Positions 47,197 to 56,404 of a stretch of 64,000 bases of DNA are shown here, piece after piece. Origin of the DNA: Minisyncoccota bacterium (lineage in GTDB: Bacteria; Patescibacteriota; Minisyncoccia; Phycocordibacterales; SBAW01). The stretch lies in assembly GCA_035546575.1 (NCBI GenBank), contig DASZWN010000001.1:49082-113081 (forward strand), in the 5' to 3' direction. A program made the translations under genes and the position numbers. The notes beneath the pieces are model-generated. The model did not search any database. It had not been told where the DNA came from and saw only the letters and a program-made list of their open reading frames with translations. The first letter of the stretch is position 1; every line of letters begins with the position of its first letter.

Positions 47197-48348
47197 GTGA
47201 AATTGCGGTTAAATAGGCTTATAGCTTCTCACAAAACAGTCCCTTCTTCGGTGGTTGAGCCATATTCTGCGAAGAAGGCAAAAAAAGCGTTATTTATCAA
47301 GCTTTCTATAGGTTTGGCTTCCCTCGTAGTACTTATTGTGCCCCTCGCTGCCCAGGCGGGGGTTCTTTCTATCTTCACGCTTCTATTTGAAAAATCGGCG
47401 GCGGTTACGAGCGCGCAGGGTGTTTCGCTCAATTCTCAGACAATCCCCCTTCTCCAGCCAGCTATTAACCTCGACCCGAACCCTGCCAAGGGTGGCGGCG
47501 ACATTACCGTGGTAGACGGCGCAGCCCTTGTTGCGCTCGATGGGCCCTCCGGCACGCCAGCCGACACGAGCGAGAAGCCGCAATCTTCGCAGATTAGCGT
47601 ATACACGGTGCGCTCTGGCGACACGCTCTCGGGTATTGCCGAGATGTTTGATGTTACGGTCAACACGATCATCTGGGCCAACGACATTAAGGGCCGTGTG
47701 ATCCACCCAGGGGACATGCTCATTATTTTGCCGGTTACCGGGTTGCGCCACACCGTAGCTAAAGGCGAGACGCTCGCCTCAATTGCCAAGACCTACAAGG
47801 GCGATGCGGCTGAGATCGCAAGCTACAACGAACTCGCTGGCGATGCTGCGCTTACGGTCGGTAGTGTCGTGATTATCCCGAATGGTGAAGCGGTTGCAGT
47901 TACCGCGTCGGCATCAGCGCCAAGCAAAATCATCGCCTCGATTCCGAAAACAGGCACGACCGCAAAACTCCACGACGCAGGTGGTCCCGACCTCGACTCC
48001 GACTACGTATGGCCGCTTGATGGCGGAGTGATCACGCAAGGTCTCCATGGATACAACGCGGTGGACATTGGCGCACCAAAAGGTACTCCAATATTTGCAG
48101 CGGCAGCCGGCACCGTGATCATCGCAAAAGACAACGGCGCGTGGAACGGCGGCTACGGCAACTACATCGTGATCCAACACAGCAACGGCACGCAGACGCT
48201 CTATGCACACGCAAGCTCAATCTCAGTCTCGCCAGGCGACCAAGTAGCGCAAGGGCAGACCATCGGCCGTGTCGGCCGCACCGGTGAGGCAACGGGCTAC
48301 CACCTCCACTTCGAGGTCCGCGGAGCAAAAAACCCGTTCGGTAAATAA
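47197..48348 (+). CDS. LysM-LysM-M23 peptidoglycan peptidase
   Basis: YTVRSGDTLSGIA, HTVAKGETLASIA, HGYNAVDI, YAH, HLHFEV; exact start uncertain. Confidence 0.93.
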   Translation: MKLRLNRLIASHKTVPSSVVEPYSAKKAKKALFIKLSIGLASLVVLIVPLAAQAGVLSIFTLLFEKSAAVTSAQGVSLNSQTIPLLQPAINLDPNPAKGGGDITVVDGAALVALDGPSGTPADTSEKPQSSQISVYTVRSGDTLSGIAEMFDVTVNTIIWANDIKGRVIHPGDMLIILPVTGLRHTVAKGETLASIAKTYKGDAAEIASYNELAGDAALTVGSVVIIPNGEAVAVTASASAPSKIIASIPKTGTTAKLHDAGGPDLDSDYVWPLDGGVITQGLHGYNAVDIGAPKGTPIFAAAAGTVIIAKDNGAWNGGYGNYIVIQHSNGTQTLYAHASSISVSPGDQVAQGQTIGRVGRTGEATGYHLHFEVRGAKNPFGK

Positions 48349-48360
48349 AAATATAAATAG

Positions 48361-48393
48361 AAAAAACCGCGGCAACGTATCGCCGCGGTTTTT
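48361..48393. terminator. Bidirectional intrinsic terminator
   Basis: AAAAAACCGCGGC...GCCGCGGTTTTT. Confidence 0.85.
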
Positions 48394-48401
48394 ATTTTAA
48401 T

Positions 48402-48965
48402 TTAAATCTTCCTTCTGGACAGAATGATACTAACTACCACAGCATTCATAACAAGAAGGGCTGCTGGGTAGATATATGTAGCTACGGCAAAGCTCGCAAG
48501 AGCTAATATTGCTAGTCCATGTCGGAAGAGATTTAAAATCCAAGAAATAAGAGTTTCGCTCGAAGGATCTTTAAATGTTTTTCGGATTGTTGGGAAGAAT
48601 GCGCACACATCTACAAAAGTCGCAATTACGACCGAGAGTGTTGGATCGCTCGTAAGAAACCAGGGAATTATTGCAATAAGAGCTGCTACTAAAAATATAA
48701 TATCCAATCTTGTTACGTCATTTGTGCCGTATTTAAAACAGAGAATTAATACAACAATTGTAAGAATGGCCATAACTCCGGTAGTCCAGGCGCCAGGTCC
48801 AGCACCTGCAGCTTGCTGCCCAAAAAATGCTAACGCTGTGACGATTGCCCAAATAAGATAAGTAAAAAGATGTGGTTTAGTTTTTCCTTTTATGGTGTCG
48901 CGGATATATGGGATGAATCCAACAACGCTCAACACTACTGTAATGACGCCCAGGAGTTCTTTCAC
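48402..48965 (-). CDS. AT-rich multi-pass membrane protein (PQ-loop-like duplicate)
   Basis: IPYIRDTIKGKTKPH..W and FPTIRKTFKDPSSE..W repeats; TATAAT 6 nt before GTG. Confidence 0.8.
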   Translation of the reverse strand: MKELLGVITVVLSVVGFIPYIRDTIKGKTKPHLFTYLIWAIVTALAFFGQQAAGAGPGAWTTGVMAILTIVVLILCFKYGTNDVTRLDIIFLVAALIAIIPWFLTSDPTLSVVIATFVDVCAFFPTIRKTFKDPSSETLISWILNLFRHGLAILALASFAVATYIYPAALLVMNAVVVSIILSRRKI

Positions 48966-49029
48966 AAGACAATTATAGCAGGAGTACCTTTCTTGATCGT
49001 GTGAAACAAATTTGTGTATGAAACCCGTT

Positions 49030-50580
49030 TCAGGCTTTCTTTTGGCGGTATTGTAGCGCCTCTAGGATATGACTCTCCTCTACGTGCTCGCTCCCGTCGA
49101 GGTCGGCAATGGTACGCGCAACTTTTATAACGCGATGAAACGCTCTTGGCGAAAGATTTAAGCGCTCGCCCGCTCTCTCGAGCGTGGTACGCACATACGG
49201 TGTGAGCGGCACCAAGTCGTCAAGCTCTCTTGGAGAAAGCTCGCTGTTCGTTTTGCCCTTTTTGCCAAAGCGCCGCTCTTGCGCCGCGCGTGCGCGCAGC
49301 ACCGCTTGGCGCGCTGCCGCTGTCTCAGTCCCCTCTTTGCTTCTCTTGCCCAATTCACCTAGTTCAACCGGACCCATGGTCATCCAGAGGTCGACGCGGT
49401 CTGCAATGGGCCCCGAAATTTTGCGGCGATAGCGCTCCAGGCTGATCGGCGTGCAGGTGCATGCAATCTCCGGGTGGCCATAGTTGCCGCACGGGCATGG
49501 GTTCATGGCGGCAACAAGCGTAAAGCGCGCGGGGAAAAGTGCGGTGCCGCGTGCGCGTGAGATCGAGATCACGCGGTCCTCCATAGGTTGGCGCAGCGCC
49601 TCGATTACGCGCCGCTCAAACTCCGGAAATTCGTCCAAAAATAGTACACCGCGATGAGCAAGCGTCGCTTCGCCGGGGCGCGGGTTAGCGCCGCCGCCCA
49701 CAATCGATACATAGGACGCAGTGTGATGCGGGCTGCGCATCGGCGGCATCGTCATCAGCTTGCCATGGAGCACTCCTGCAACCGAGTGAATGCTGTTGAC
49801 CTCAAGCATTTCGTCAAACGAAAGGGCCGGTAACACCGACGCAAGTGCGCGGGCGAGCATGGTCTTACCGGTCCCTGGCGGGCCAGATAGGCCAAGATTG
49901 TGACCGCCCGCGGCTGCAATAATTGCCGCGCGCTTTGCGCTCTCCTGTCCGCGGATATCCTCGAATGCAAATTTAGATTCGTCGTATTCGGGCTCAAGTT
50001 TTGTTTGCGGAGTCGGCGTAATTTTTGCGGTTGATCGTTTTTTCTTAGAATCTTTTTCTTGTTTGGTGTTTAGGTGCGCGATAACCTCGTCTAAAGTTTT
50101 TGCGCCATATACTTCTATTCCTGGCACAAGCGCGGCCTCCTCCTCGTTTTCTTTTGGTACAAAAATTGCGCGCTTGCCCTGTTTCTTTGCTTCGGCGACA
50201 AGCGGCAAGATACCGCGCACACCGCGCAGCTGTCCGTCGAGTGAAAGCTCGCCGATAAAAAGATATGGCTCGGGGTCAAACCTAATATCGTCGCTCGCGA
50301 GCAAATACGAAAGCGCAATCGGCAGGTCAAACATCGGGCCCTCCTTTTTTAAATCGGCCGGTGCGAGCGAGATGACAATTTTTTGGTTGCGCGATTTTGG
50401 CGACTCAAAACCCGAGTGCTTGATTGCGGCGGCAACGCGATCGCGCGACTCTTCGACCGCCTTGTCAGGAAGCCCGACGACAGTAAACGAATGCAGGCCA
50501 CGCGAGAGGTCGGTCTCAACCGAAACAATATACGGAGAAAGGAGCGAGGTCTGTGCGCCGTATACGCGAGCATATTGCAT
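49030..50580 (-). CDS. comM: ComM/YifB Mg-chelatase-like AAA+ ATPase
   Basis: VGLPDKAVEESRDRV, GELSLDG, GPPGTGKTML, LAHRGVLFLDEFPEF, AMNPCPCG. Confidence 0.95.
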   Translation of the reverse strand: MQYARVYGAQTSLLSPYIVSVETDLSRGLHSFTVVGLPDKAVEESRDRVAAAIKHSGFESPKSRNQKIVISLAPADLKKEGPMFDLPIALSYLLASDDIRFDPEPYLFIGELSLDGQLRGVRGILPLVAEAKKQGKRAIFVPKENEEEAALVPGIEVYGAKTLDEVIAHLNTKQEKDSKKKRSTAKITPTPQTKLEPEYDESKFAFEDIRGQESAKRAAIIAAAGGHNLGLSGPPGTGKTMLARALASVLPALSFDEMLEVNSIHSVAGVLHGKLMTMPPMRSPHHTASYVSIVGGGANPRPGEATLAHRGVLFLDEFPEFERRVIEALRQPMEDRVISISRARGTALFPARFTLVAAMNPCPCGNYGHPEIACTCTPISLERYRRKISGPIADRVDLWMTMGPVELGELGKRSKEGTETAAARQAVLRARAAQERRFGKKGKTNSELSPRELDDLVPLTPYVRTTLERAGERLNLSPRAFHRVIKVARTIADLDGSEHVEESHILEALQYRQKKA

Positions 50581-50606
50581 CGCGATATACTACGCGCGCG
50601 AGTGTT

Positions 50607-50984
50607 TTATGCAAGTGTACTTTCTTCTGTCATGTGGTCTTTGCAGGTGCGTGCTGCCGGGTTTGCCTCCAAGCGATCCTCTTCAATAGTCTCCCCTCCT
50701 ATCTCGCATATGCCGTAGGTGCCGTCCGTAATTTTGCCGAGTGCGCGCTTGATGTTGTTGTAGCGGATCTCGAGCGTGTCGTTGATGGCGCGATTTTCGC
50801 CATACTCCTCCATTTTGTCGGCAGCCTCGTTCTCGTCGGCTGGCGAGGGCATGGTGTCCATGTCTACCTCTTTCGCTTCCCAGTCGGCCGGATTATGCGG
50901 GTTTTGTACGCCTACGGTCTTGAGTTCTGCCTCAACGGTCTTCAATTCTGCCTCGAGCATGCCCTTAAAGTGTGCTGTATTCAT
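50607..50984 (-). CDS. TraR/DksA C4-type zinc finger protein
   Basis: DENEAAD, GTYGICEIGGETIEEDRLEANPAARTC. Confidence 0.9.
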   Translation of the reverse strand: MNTAHFKGMLEAELKTVEAELKTVGVQNPHNPADWEAKEVDMDTMPSPADENEAADKMEEYGENRAINDTLEIRYNNIKRALGKITDGTYGICEIGGETIEEDRLEANPAARTCKDHMTEESTLA

Positions 50985-51025
50985 GGATATATACTAACAA
51001 TTCTTTTAAAGATACAAAATCAGCT

Positions 51026-52276
51026 CTACGGAAGCGGGGTGATAGGCGGATTTTTAAGGCGCGAGATTATCTCGCGCAACGTTACCTCGTTGGTGGTGAT
51101 AACCAGTGTTTTGCGGTCGAGGAACGACCACAAAAGCAAAATATTGCCTGCACTGTCTTGTATCACGCGCGCGTCATGATTTTCGACGATACGGTCAATA
51201 AATGTTGTCGATGCCGTGTAATTTGGAACAGGCGGTGTAGTAGTTGTCGTTGCAGTTGAGGTCGCAGTGCTCTGTGTAGTAGTTGCGTTTGGTTGAGTGG
51301 CCATAATTTGGAGCCGCGGAGTGCGAGCAAACAAGGGTGCCAGATCTTTTTGCATGTATGGCTCCCAATTGAGAATCGCGGCATAGGCTTGTTCGTACGA
51401 GTCGGCCTTAAGGATCAAGAACGGCTGATTTTCTTCGTATACGTGTATGCCAAGCACAAACTCGCTAGGATCAATGGTCCGCGTAAGCGTGTCCGGCACG
51501 TTGGGAGAGAGAAACTGGAGCACTTCTTGAGCGCTAAGCGGGTCGATCGCTTGTTCACCGCTCGCAGTGGTCGAAGAGTAAGCCATGTATAAACGCTCAA
51601 TAAGGCCAAGTGGAAGTTTAACCGCTTTGCGCTCGTCGTTGAGCGCGTTTACCACGTCGGCGTGCGTAAGCTTTTTGTCCGGAGCAATCGTGAGCACCTT
51701 GGTGCCATCGATAGTGATAAACGGCGCCGCTACTGCAGAAGGTACATTCACCGTCTTGGGCGGCTGGAGTACAAAAAGGATAAGACCAATCGCAGCAACA
51801 ACAAGCACTGCGCCGCCTGCCAGCATGCCGGTACGCTTGAGCACCCCTAGCCAATCAAAAGGTGCTGCGGGCGGTGGTTCTTCTCCCAAACTGGTAACTT
51901 CCCGCCGCGCCGCCTCTGCAGCAGCAATAGACACCACCGACATATTTTTGTTCTGGACCAGCTTCTCGATATCGCCCTGATATGTCTCGACCGGTTTTAC
52001 AAAGGCATCTTCTTTTTTTTGCTCTGGCGCAGGCGTTATTGGTGCGGGAGCCGGTTGCTTGGGCAGCGTCGCAGTTTGCTCTTGGGCTACAAGCGCGCCG
52101 GCACTGACGCGCTGTGCACTATCCACCGTTTTTCCGGGCGCGTCTTTTTTTGGTAGAAGTATTTTACTGAGGTCGACGCCGCCAGCTCCTGATTGCGGCA
52201 CGGGCACGGGAGGTGCCGGCGGAGTATTAGAACTCCCTCCTTGGGGGTCTTGGGGAACGATCGGATTGAGATCCAT
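51026..52276 (-). CDS. Single-TM hypothetical protein with Pro-rich N-terminus
   Basis: 416 aa, ETYQGDI motif, TM, WEP, FIDRIVENHDAR. Confidence 0.75.
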   Translation of the reverse strand: MDLNPIVPQDPQGGSSNTPPAPPVPVPQSGAGGVDLSKILLPKKDAPGKTVDSAQRVSAGALVAQEQTATLPKQPAPAPITPAPEQKKEDAFVKPVETYQGDIEKLVQNKNMSVVSIAAAEAARREVTSLGEEPPPAAPFDWLGVLKRTGMLAGGAVLVVAAIGLILFVLQPPKTVNVPSAVAAPFITIDGTKVLTIAPDKKLTHADVVNALNDERKAVKLPLGLIERLYMAYSSTTASGEQAIDPLSAQEVLQFLSPNVPDTLTRTIDPSEFVLGIHVYEENQPFLILKADSYEQAYAAILNWEPYMQKDLAPLFARTPRLQIMATQPNATTTQSTATSTATTTTTPPVPNYTASTTFIDRIVENHDARVIQDSAGNILLLWSFLDRKTLVITTNEVTLREIISRLKNPPITPLP

Positions 52277-54419
52277 TAGGATTGGTTGACGGCACTAAGC
52301 CCTTTCGAGACGCAAAGTCCGGATCAACAGCCTTAATTGAGAGATTGATGCGGCCCTTCTCGTCTATCTCCTTTATCATAACCCGAACTTTGTCCCCTAC
52401 CGCTACCGCACTTGATATTTTGTCGATACGAAACGGCGCAACTTCAGACACATGCACAAGACCCTCGGCGTCTTTGCCTGGGCCGATGCGTACGAATGCA
52501 CCAAAGTCCATGAGGCGTGTAACTTCGCCTTCATAAATCTCTCCGGCTTTATACTCTTTAACAAGCGCTTCGATCATTGCCTTGGCCATCTGGGCTGCGC
52601 CGTTTTTGCCGGTGATAAATACCGAGCCATCGTCTTCTATCGTAATGTCATCCACCTCGGACATATCGCGGATGTTGTTGATAGTCTTGCCGCCGCCGCC
52701 GATTACCAAGCCGATCTGATCAGGCTTGACCTTCATGGTTACAATTTCCGGTGCGCGGGCAGATATGGTTGCGCGAGGTGCGGCGATCTCCTTCTCAATC
52801 GTGTCGAGAATCTGAAGCCGTGCTTTTTTAGCACCGTCGAGCGCCTCGACAAGGATCGGCACCGGAATGCCGTCGAGCTTAATGTCGAGCTGGATTGCAG
52901 TGATGCCCTCGCGGGTGCCAGCCACTTTAAAATCCATGCCGCCAAATTCGTCCTCGGGTCCTTGAATGTCGGTGAGCACGCGGTTCTCTCCGTTGTGCGT
53001 CATGAGACCCATCGCGATGCCGGCAACCGGAGCCTTAATCGGCACGCCGCCGTCCATGAGCGCGAGCGTCGAGGCGCAGACAGAGCCCATCGAGGTCGAT
53101 CCGTTTGATGCAAAACACTCAGAAACGAGGCGGATCGTGTATGGAAAGGTCGCAGCATCTGGTATCACCGCTTCGAGCGCTTTCTCCGCAAGAGCGCCGT
53201 GGCCTATTGCGCGGCGGTTGATGCCGCCCATGCGGCCCGTCTCTCCAGCGGAGAACGGCGGGAAGTTGTAGTGATGCATGAATCGCTTTTTAACATCATG
53301 TTCCTCCATCGTGTCGACAAGCTGGCTGTCGCCGGGGCCGCCGAGCGTGAGCGCGGTGAATACGTGTGTGCCTCCGCGATAAAAGATACCGCTGCCGTGA
53401 AGTATCGGCGAAATGCCGCCGGCTTTAGCAAACAATGGGCGGATCTGGTCGAACGGACGGTTGTCAGGGCGCTTGTTGTCCTCGATAGCGCCGCGATGGA
53501 TCTCCTCGTCAACCTTGTCCTCCATAAACCGCTTTACCAAACCTGACTTAATTTCTTTAAGCGCCTCATCAGCGGCAACTGCATCCATCCACTCATGCTG
53601 TACCTCGTGTATTGCGTCTTTGCCGGCAATACCGCAGAAGACAGCATCGCGGACCTTAGTAGCAAACTGTGCCTCGTAGAGTGCCGTGAGTGCTGCCGGG
53701 ATCTCCGGCTTTGCGGCATCGGTTTTTGCCTTGCCGACCTCGGCAATAATCTTTTTCTGCCAATCTAAAATTTTGTTGTGCTCCTCTACCGAGAGTGCAA
53801 AGCCCGCGGCAACATCCGCCTCGCTTGCCTCCTGCCCTGCGACCTCGATCATGTTAATAGTGCCGTCTTTGCCGCATGCCAAAATGTCGAGTGTCGTTTC
53901 TGCCGCATCGCGCTGCGCGTACGTTGGGTTGACGATAAAGTCTCCGCTCCCCTGCTTGCCGATGCGCACTGCGGCAACAGGCCCGCCCCACGGAATTTGT
54001 GAGGTTGCGAGCGCGAGGCTGGCTGCATTGACTGCAACCACGTCAGGATCCTCCTCGTCGAGCGCGAGCACCGTAATAACTACCTGGATCTCGTTGCGGA
54101 TATGCGATGGGAACAGCGGACGGATCGTGCGGTCTACCACGCGGCCCGAGAGTGTTGCTTGCTCGCTTGGCCTGCCTTCGCGCTTGATAAAGCGGCTGCC
54201 GAGGATTTTGCCTGCTGCGTAAAAGCGTTCCTCATAGTCGACCGTAAGCGGAAAGTAATCGATATCGTCGCGCGTCTTCTGCGACATGACTGCGGTTGCG
54301 AGTACTGCGGTGTTGCCGTAGCGCAAGATAACCGAGCCGCTTGCCTGCTCTGCCAGGTCGGTAAACTCGGCAATCATCTTCTTGCCGCCCACCTCTGTCT
54401 CAAATGTTTTGCTTTGCAT
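52227..54419 (-). CDS. pnp: Polyribonucleotide nucleotidyltransferase
   Basis: YFPLTVDYEER, FIKREGRP, HHYNFPPFS, RRAIGHG, SNGSTSMGSVC, KH and S1 domains. Confidence 0.98.
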   Translation of the reverse strand: MQSKTFETEVGGKKMIAEFTDLAEQASGSVILRYGNTAVLATAVMSQKTRDDIDYFPLTVDYEERFYAAGKILGSRFIKREGRPSEQATLSGRVVDRTIRPLFPSHIRNEIQVVITVLALDEEDPDVVAVNAASLALATSQIPWGGPVAAVRIGKQGSGDFIVNPTYAQRDAAETTLDILACGKDGTINMIEVAGQEASEADVAAGFALSVEEHNKILDWQKKIIAEVGKAKTDAAKPEIPAALTALYEAQFATKVRDAVFCGIAGKDAIHEVQHEWMDAVAADEALKEIKSGLVKRFMEDKVDEEIHRGAIEDNKRPDNRPFDQIRPLFAKAGGISPILHGSGIFYRGGTHVFTALTLGGPGDSQLVDTMEEHDVKKRFMHHYNFPPFSAGETGRMGGINRRAIGHGALAEKALEAVIPDAATFPYTIRLVSECFASNGSTSMGSVCASTLALMDGGVPIKAPVAGIAMGLMTHNGENRVLTDIQGPEDEFGGMDFKVAGTREGITAIQLDIKLDGIPVPILVEALDGAKKARLQILDTIEKEIAAPRATISARAPEIVTMKVKPDQIGLVIGGGGKTINNIRDMSEVDDITIEDDGSVFITGKNGAAQMAKAMIEALVKEYKAGEIYEGEVTRLMDFGAFVRIGPGKDAEGLVHVSEVAPFRIDKISSAVAVGDKVRVMIKEIDEKGRINLSIKAVDPDFASRKGLVPSTNPNGSQSDRSPRPPRREF

Positions 54420-54430
54420 TCGCTTGGTAA

Positions 54431-54492
54431 GCGAAGAGGGTGAATTTTAGGTCTCAAGCGGTCTTGAGAATCTACCTATCCACCCGCTTCGC
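54431..54492 (-). promoter_or_regulatory. Long imperfect hairpin in the pnp 5' leader
   Basis: GCGAAG-C-GGGTGGA..CTCAAG-ACCG-CTTGAG..TTCACCC-T-CTTCGC, ending 11 nt before the pnp ATG. Confidence 0.55.
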
Positions 54493-54518
54493 GATTACTT
54501 ATATATAGAGACTGTAGC

Positions 54519-54551
54519 AAAAAAGCTCCGCTGTTTCCAGCGGAGCTTTTT
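54519..54551. terminator. Intrinsic terminator after the NYN gene
   Basis: AAAAAAGCTCCGCTG-TTTC-CAGCGGAGCTTTTT. Confidence 0.85.
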
Positions 54552-54558
54552 GATGCTG

Positions 54559-55209
54559 TTATTCCCCAGACATTTTTATTGCCGGATCTTCCCCTTCAAA
54601 GTCATCGGGAGCCTCGGTGTTTTCTGGGCTGGTGTCAGCATTCTGTGCGCGATCGTCGGAACCGGAGGTAAAGCCCGGTATCCACCCGCGGTTACTGCCG
54701 CGGTAGCCTATCAAGTAGTTGCGCGGGTCGTCGCACATGTCGATAAACTCATCCGCCACTTCGCGCAGCTGGCCCGATGACGACTTGCCGAACGCGATGA
54801 CCTCAACCTGGCAGCCGTGCGCATAGCGCAGATACTCTACGAGCGGGACAAAGTCGCCGTCGCCGGTTGCAAGGATGATAGTGTCGAGCTTTTGCGCCAT
54901 CGCAACGATGTCGATAGTCGTGCCCAGGTCCCAGTCGGCCTTTTTAGCGCCGCCTGCAAACACGCGGATGTCTTTGACCTTGGTTTCGATGCCGAGCTTG
55001 TTAAGCGCCTCAAAGAAGCCTTTTTCGTCCTCCGACTCGGTGCGGATAACGTAGGCTACTGCTCTAATGAGCTGGCGCCCGGCAAGCGCTTCTTTAACTA
55101 CATTGCCAAAGTTTACCTTTGCGCGATAGAGATTTTTAGCGGAGTGGTAGAGATTTTGCGTGTCTATAAAAATGCCGACACGCTGGCTTTTATGCTTAAT
55201 GATTGCCAT
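54559..55209 (-). CDS. NYN domain (LabA/DUF88) protein, PIN-like nuclease
   Basis: FIDTQNLY, KKADWD, LATGDGDFVPLV, LREVADEFID. Confidence 0.92.
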   Translation of the reverse strand: MAIIKHKSQRVGIFIDTQNLYHSAKNLYRAKVNFGNVVKEALAGRQLIRAVAYVIRTESEDEKGFFEALNKLGIETKVKDIRVFAGGAKKADWDLGTTIDIVAMAQKLDTIILATGDGDFVPLVEYLRYAHGCQVEVIAFGKSSSGQLREVADEFIDMCDDPRNYLIGYRGSNRGWIPGFTSGSDDRAQNADTSPENTEAPDDFEGEDPAIKMSGE

Positions 55210-55325
55210 AGAAATATGTAGAACTAACTAACGTAAATAAAGAGTGAACACTTCAGGAACAAAATAGGGAATATAAAAATCGACCTTCCCTACCCATATA
55301 CTACACCCGAGCGAGAAAAAAATTT

Positions 55326-55344
55326 CCTGCCTACCGCAGGCAGG
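55326..55344. repeat. Palindromic repeat copy 6 (CCTGCCTACCGCAGGCAGG, 19 bp), just downstream of rpsO
   Basis: 1-nt deletion variant, intergenic. Confidence 0.85.
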
Positions 55345-55353
55345 CGCTACTTC

Positions 55354-55620
55354 TTATTTCTTCAAACCCAATTTCTTAACAAGTGCGTTGTAGCGCTTCT
55401 TGTTTGAGCCTTCGAGATACTTCAAATGTGTGCGGCGGTCTGCAACCATCTGGAGGAGGCCGCGGCGCGAGTGCTTATCTTTATCGTGTTTGCGCAAATG
55501 CGAGGTAAGCTCGTCGATTTTCTTAGACAAAAGGGCTACCTGTACCTCAGGCGAGCCTGTATCGGTGTCATGAATCGCCGCCTCCTTTATTACTTTAGTC
55601 TTTTTCTGCTTGGTGAGCAT
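55354..55620 (-). CDS. rpsO: 30S ribosomal protein S15
   Basis: DTGSPEVQVALL, HLRKHDKDKHSRRGLLQMV. Confidence 0.98.
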   Translation of the reverse strand: MLTKQKKTKVIKEAAIHDTDTGSPEVQVALLSKKIDELTSHLRKHDKDKHSRRGLLQMVADRRTHLKYLEGSNKKRYNALVKKLGLKK

Positions 55621-55677
55621 GAAGACATACTATCACAAGGTGTCAATTTACGCAAGCCCCGTCTATATATAAAAGAA

Positions 55678-55707
55678 TCCGCCGCCTCTCGAGTGAGAGG
55701 CGGCGGA
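55678..55707 (-). terminator. Terminator hairpin after the hydrolase gene
   Basis: TCCGCCGCCTCTC-GAGT-GAGAGGCGGCGGA followed by TTCTTTT on the minus strand. Confidence 0.8.
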
Positions 55708-55714
55708 GAAGTTA

Positions 55715-56284
55715 CTAACTTGTGAGTTCAGGCGGCTCCACACTGACGAACTTTCCGCACTTGAACCGAGGCGGGACAAGCCACGCCGGATCCTGAGAAT
55801 AGAAATAGTGGTTCCCCACTATCCCCGCTTGCCGGAAGGTCGTTGCCATCCAGCACCGGTTCTCCGGGTCGCTCGTATCCGGGTTCATGTAATACCGGGC
55901 ATTCTTGAGCAACTCGCCAGGAGGTTCAAAGAATCCGAGCGCTACCCACGTAGCAATGGCTTTCGCCTTTTCCCACGCAAGCCCCGACGGAGCCTTTTGT
56001 TTGATCTTGGGGTCGCACGTCCACGAGAACTGGCAACCTTTAAAGACCACACCCTTGATCGTCTTGCCGCCCCATTGCTTGCGGTTGTCTGCCGCTCGCA
56101 TCAAGGTAACGTAGGCGATCATGTATTGGCCCAACTCGGGCTCCCCGCGGCCTTCGTGATACACGTTGAGGGCCATCGGGATAATCTGCGAGCGATAGAA
56201 GGCCTCTTCGCTCGTTTGATCTGATCTCGCCTCCCCTGCCGCACACATCGCAAGCAGAAAGGCAAGTACGCACAGATACCGCAT
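55715..56284 (-). CDS. Secreted SleB-like cell wall hydrolase (Hydrolase_2)
   Basis: Signal peptide; ALNVYHEGRGEP..GQ, QFSW, YY.NP, VGNHYFY; GGAG SD. Confidence 0.88.
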   Translation of the reverse strand: MRYLCVLAFLLAMCAAGEARSDQTSEEAFYRSQIIPMALNVYHEGRGEPELGQYMIAYVTLMRAADNRKQWGGKTIKGVVFKGCQFSWTCDPKIKQKAPSGLAWEKAKAIATWVALGFFEPPGELLKNARYYMNPDTSDPENRCWMATTFRQAGIVGNHYFYSQDPAWLVPPRFKCGKFVSVEPPELTS

Positions 56285-56404
56285 TTTCAAGCTCCGTTCG
56301 ATGGTTGTAGCCATCGACCCCCGGAACACTAACCGATATCAAGTATAGCATACTACAACACATTTGTCAAGCATTAGGGAAACCATGATAAAATTGTGCG
56401 ACGC

